DNA of 64,000 nucleotides from Escherichia coli (GTDB lineage Bacteria; Pseudomonadota; Gammaproteobacteria; Enterobacterales; Enterobacteriaceae): NCBI RefSeq assembly GCF_016026235.1, contig NZ_CP065613.1; one strand, 5' to 3'. Shown piece by piece: positions 63,978 to 64,000 of this stretch (position 1 is its first letter; each line of letters starts with the position of its first letter). The notes under the pieces were generated by a model. It saw only the letters and a program-made list of their open reading frames with translations, ran no database searches and was not told where the DNA came from. The position numbers and the translations under genes were made by a program.

Positions 63978-64000
63978 TTAGCCAGGTAACACAGTGTTAT

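Larger units (their letters stand above)
18209..64000. mobile_element. Lambdoid prophage integrated at att-lambda (mosaic, apparently defective); right end beyond the window
   Basis: attL core immediately 5' of lambda-type int/xis, canonical lambdoid gene order through tail gene J and lom. Confidence 0.9.

Overview
Enterobacterial (Shigella/E. coli-type) chromosome around the phage lambda attachment site, read entirely by eye from the sequence and the supplied ORF track; no searches were run and homology calls are from memory. Layout: (1) 1-6.6 kb, the tail/baseplate end of a Mu/P2-like prophage remnant with two tail-fibre/assembly pairs; (2) 6.8-8.6 kb, an ipaH-family type III effector (LRR plus NEL E3 ligase) with an AT-rich upstream region and a truncated Pin-like invertase fragment; (3) 9.4-18.2 kb, the conserved core block pgl-ybhD-ybhH-ybhI-ybhJ-(REP repeats)-ybhC; (4) from 18.2 kb to the window end, a lambdoid prophage integrated at att-lambda (attL core, int, xis, exo, bet, gam, kil, cIII, N, cI, cro, cII, ninB/E/H, rusA, Q, late promoter, two tRNAs, phage-21-type lysis cassette, GpA-type terminase, portal, protease-capsid fusion, lambda-like tail genes Z to J, lom). 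The prophage is mosaic and looks defective: an IS110-family element splits the replication initiator, an IS600-like IS3 element splits a KilA-N gene, and the tape measure, small terminase, higA and long-form gam reading frames are broken, mostly at homopolymer runs. Most notable observations: a LAGLIDADG intein inside the P-loop of the prophage primase-helicase; an uncharacterised three-gene module occupying the rexAB position of the cI operon; an unexplained gene between N and cIII; an unexplained insert between holin and endolysin; and a higB toxin whose higA partner is frameshifted.
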